DNA of 35,435 nt from a virus (Duplodnaviria > Caudoviricetes), in IMG/VR virus record IMGVR_UViG_3300030606_000030, positions 1 through 35,435 of that record; one strand, given 5' to 3'. A program made the translations under genes and the position numbers. Below the pieces are notes generated by a model. That model saw nothing but the letters and a program-made list of their open reading frames with translations, was not told where the DNA came from and did no database searches. Of this stretch, positions 33,168-35,435 are shown piece after piece (the first letter of the stretch is position 1; every line of letters starts with the position of its first letter).

Positions 33168-34174
33168 AGCGCGCGTTCGTCACCGGGATCTCCGGTCAGG
33201 ACGGCGCCTACCTCGCGCAGTTCCTGCTCGGCCAGGGCTATCAGGTATTCGGTGGTGAGCGGCGCGGTTCCTCGCCGAACAACTGGCGCCTGAAGGCGCT
33301 CGGCATCCATGGCGAGGTCGAACTGGTGCCGTTCGAGCTGGCCGACGATGCCAGCATCTACCGCGCGATCGAGGTCGCCCAGCCCGACGAGATCTACAAC
33401 CTTGCGGCCCAGTCTTTCGTGCCGGTCAGCTTCCAGCAGCCATGCTACACCGGCGACGTGAACGGCAGCGCCGTGGCGCGCATCCTGGAGGCGATCCGGC
33501 ACCTCGCCCCCGAGTGCCGGTTCTATCAGGCTTCCAGCTCGGAGATGTTCGGCCTCGCGCACGAGACGCCGCAGCGCGAGACCACTCCCTTTCACCCGCG
33601 CAGCCCCTATGCAGCCGCCAAAGCCTATGCCCACTATCTGACGGTCAACTACCGCGAGGCCTACGGGCTGCACGCCTCCTGCGGCATCGCGTTCAACCAC
33701 GAGAGTCCGCTCAGGGGCGCGGAGTTCGTCACCAAGAAGATCGTCGTCGATCTTGCGCGCATCCACCGCGGCGACCTCGATTGCCTCAGGCTCGGCAACC
33801 TAGACGCTCGGCGCGACTGGGGCTTCGCCGGCGACTACGTGAAGGGCATGTGGCAGATGCTACAGCAATCCGGGCCTGAGGATTACATCCTCGCGACCGG
33901 CGAAACCCATTCGATCCGGGAATTCGTCGAGTGGGCCTGCGCCGTGCTCGACTGGAGCATCGAATGGACCGGCGAAGGCGGCGAGGAGCGCGGCATCGAA
34001 ACCAGCAGCGGGCGGATGCTAGTGGCGATCGACCCGGCCCTCTACCGGCCTTCGGACGTGCCGGCGCTGCTCGGTGACGCCACCAAGGCGCGCGAGACCT
34101 TCGGCTGGCAGCCGCTCCATACCGCCGGCCAGATCGCCTTCATGATGATGGACCACGAGCTTTCTCATGTCTGA
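33164..34174 (+). CDS. gmd: GDP-mannose 4,6-dehydratase
   Basis: TGISGQDGAYLA, PDEIYNLAAQSFV, FYQASSSEMFG, PRSPYAAAK, FNHESPLRG, RDWGFAGDYV. Confidence 0.96.
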   Translation: MKRAFVTGISGQDGAYLAQFLLGQGYQVFGGERRGSSPNNWRLKALGIHGEVELVPFELADDASIYRAIEVAQPDEIYNLAAQSFVPVSFQQPCYTGDVNGSAVARILEAIRHLAPECRFYQASSSEMFGLAHETPQRETTPFHPRSPYAAAKAYAHYLTVNYREAYGLHASCGIAFNHESPLRGAEFVTKKIVVDLARIHRGDLDCLRLGNLDARRDWGFAGDYVKGMWQMLQQSGPEDYILATGETHSIREFVEWACAVLDWSIEWTGEGGEERGIETSSGRMLVAIDPALYRPSDVPALLGDATKARETFGWQPLHTAGQIAFMMMDHELSHV

Positions 34175-34286
34175 GTTTGAAGCAACGCTCATTAATTCTG
34201 CTCTGTTGCTGATTGGCGGCTTTGTGATGCTGATTCTCAATTGGCAGACGCGCCGAACTGAACGAAAACGCCGTGCCCCAGATTGA
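34167..34286 (+). CDS. 39-aa single-pass membrane peptide (not in ORF track)
   Basis: MSEFEATLINSALLLIGGFVMLILNWQTRRTERKRRAPD*; overlaps both neighbours. Confidence 0.45.
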   Translation: MSEFEATLINSALLLIGGFVMLILNWQTRRTERKRRAPD

Positions 34287-34650
34287 GGTCTCGCCCGGCG
34301 AGCTGATCGACCGGCTTTCGATCCTGACCATCAAGTCCGAGCGCCTCACCGATCCGGGCAAGCTGAAACGGGTCAACGCGGCCCTCAGTTCATTGCTGGT
34401 GCGCGTGGCCGAGACCTTCGGCGCACATCACCAGAGCCAAGTATGGCCTCTCTACGAGCGCCTGAAGGCCGCCAACATGGCGATCTGGGACGCCCAGGAG
34501 GAACTGCGCATCGTCAACTGGGACGATGACCGTGCTGTGGCGGTCCAATCACGACTTGCGCATCGCGGGAATGACGAACGATTCCGTCTCAAGCGCAAGA
34601 TCGATGCCCTCATGGCCTGGGCGACGTCCGAGGAGAAGTCCTACCTGTGA
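34273..34650 (+). CDS. DUF6165-family protein
   Basis: IEVSPGELIDRLSILTIK..N..IWD..NDERFRLKRKID..EEKSY. Confidence 0.8.
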   Translation: MPQIEVSPGELIDRLSILTIKSERLTDPGKLKRVNAALSSLLVRVAETFGAHHQSQVWPLYERLKAANMAIWDAQEELRIVNWDDDRAVAVQSRLAHRGNDERFRLKRKIDALMAWATSEEKSYL

Positions 34651-35396
34651 GCGGCGTCCCGGACGGCCCGCTCCGCGTCTACATGGGTTGGGATCCGCGC
34701 GATACGCTCGCCTTCGAGGTGGCGGTCCACAGCTTGCGGAAGCACGCCTCGATCCCGGTCGAGATCATACCGCTGAAGGATTGGGAATTACGGACCCAGG
34801 GCTGGTTCTATCGCTCGGCCTGGATCAACGAAGAGGGCCAGCGGTTCGATGGGCGCGATGGCATAGCCTTTTCGACCGAGTTCTCCTATCTGCGGTTCCT
34901 CGTTCCGCTGTTGGAGCAACACCGATCCAGCTGGGTGCTGTTCACCGATCCGGATGTCCTGTGGCGGGCCGACGTGGCCGAGTTGTTCGCGCTCGCGGAA
35001 GCCGACAAGGCCGTCATGTGTGTCAAGCACGACCACCGGCCGCGCGAGACCCTCAAGATGACCGGCACGCTGCAGCGCCATTACGCGCGCAAGAACTGGT
35101 CGTCGGTGATGCTGATCGACCCGGCGAAGAACCGGGCTCTTACGAAATACCGCGTGAACATGGACTCGAAGGACTGGCTGCACACCCTCGCTTGGCTCTC
35201 GGACGACGAGATCGGCGCGCTGCCGGAGGCCTGGAACTGGCTCGCGGGGTGGTCGCCGCCGGAGATTGATCCGAAGCTGGTGCACTTCACCAGAGGCACG
35301 CCCGACATGCCGGGTCACGAAGACGAGCCTTATGCCGAGGAATGGCGGGCCGCGCTCGTCGAGACGGGCCTGAGGCTCGCCGCCTTTCCAATCTGA
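34647..35396 (+). CDS. GT-A glycosyltransferase (GT8/Cdi-like)
   Basis: VYMGWDPR, STEFSYLRFLVP, FTDPD (DxD), KNWSSVML, WNWL, LVHFTRGTP. Confidence 0.88.
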   Translation: MSGVPDGPLRVYMGWDPRDTLAFEVAVHSLRKHASIPVEIIPLKDWELRTQGWFYRSAWINEEGQRFDGRDGIAFSTEFSYLRFLVPLLEQHRSSWVLFTDPDVLWRADVAELFALAEADKAVMCVKHDHRPRETLKMTGTLQRHYARKNWSSVMLIDPAKNRALTKYRVNMDSKDWLHTLAWLSDDEIGALPEAWNWLAGWSPPEIDPKLVHFTRGTPDMPGHEDEPYAEEWRAALVETGLRLAAFPI

Positions 35397-35435
35397 TTCG
35401 CCGGCTCCGACGCCGTCGATCCCCGGCCGCCCCTC

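Larger units (their letters stand above)
1..35435 (+). mobile_element. Tailed phage/prophage genome segment (replication, packaging, head, neck and glycan modules)
   Basis: Co-oriented, tightly coupled genes (many ATGA/GTGA overlaps) in canonical order terminase-portal-protease-HK97 capsid-head/tail connectors; no host housekeeping genes; no integrase or att site in the window. Confidence 0.97.

Overview
The whole window is one + strand segment of a tailed (HK97-fold, probably siphovirus-like) phage or prophage. High GC and the GTA-like terminase, portal and DUF6456 genes suggest an alphaproteobacterial host. Gene order: early/replication genes (RuvC-like resolvase, HTH-Gp88-like protein, primase-helicase) and a likely iteron/IHF origin at ~4980-5120; an RNA-guided TIGR-Tas-like locus (5686-7785); a late regulator (DUF6456-like) with promoter and terminator; a ParB-DNA methyltransferase; terminase, portal, minor head, protease and capsid; a large head-accessory/fibre block; neck genes; then a ~9 kb glycan-biosynthesis cassette where the tail tube gene would normally follow. 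The standout is a nuclease-less IS110/Nop-domain protein (6595-7482, TasA-like) surrounded by 13 stem-flanked units of the form stem-CCA-N9-TGANNNCCA-N9-TG-stem'. Six of these units lie inside protein-coding sequence, all in the same reading phase. All calls come from manual motif reading; no database searches were run.
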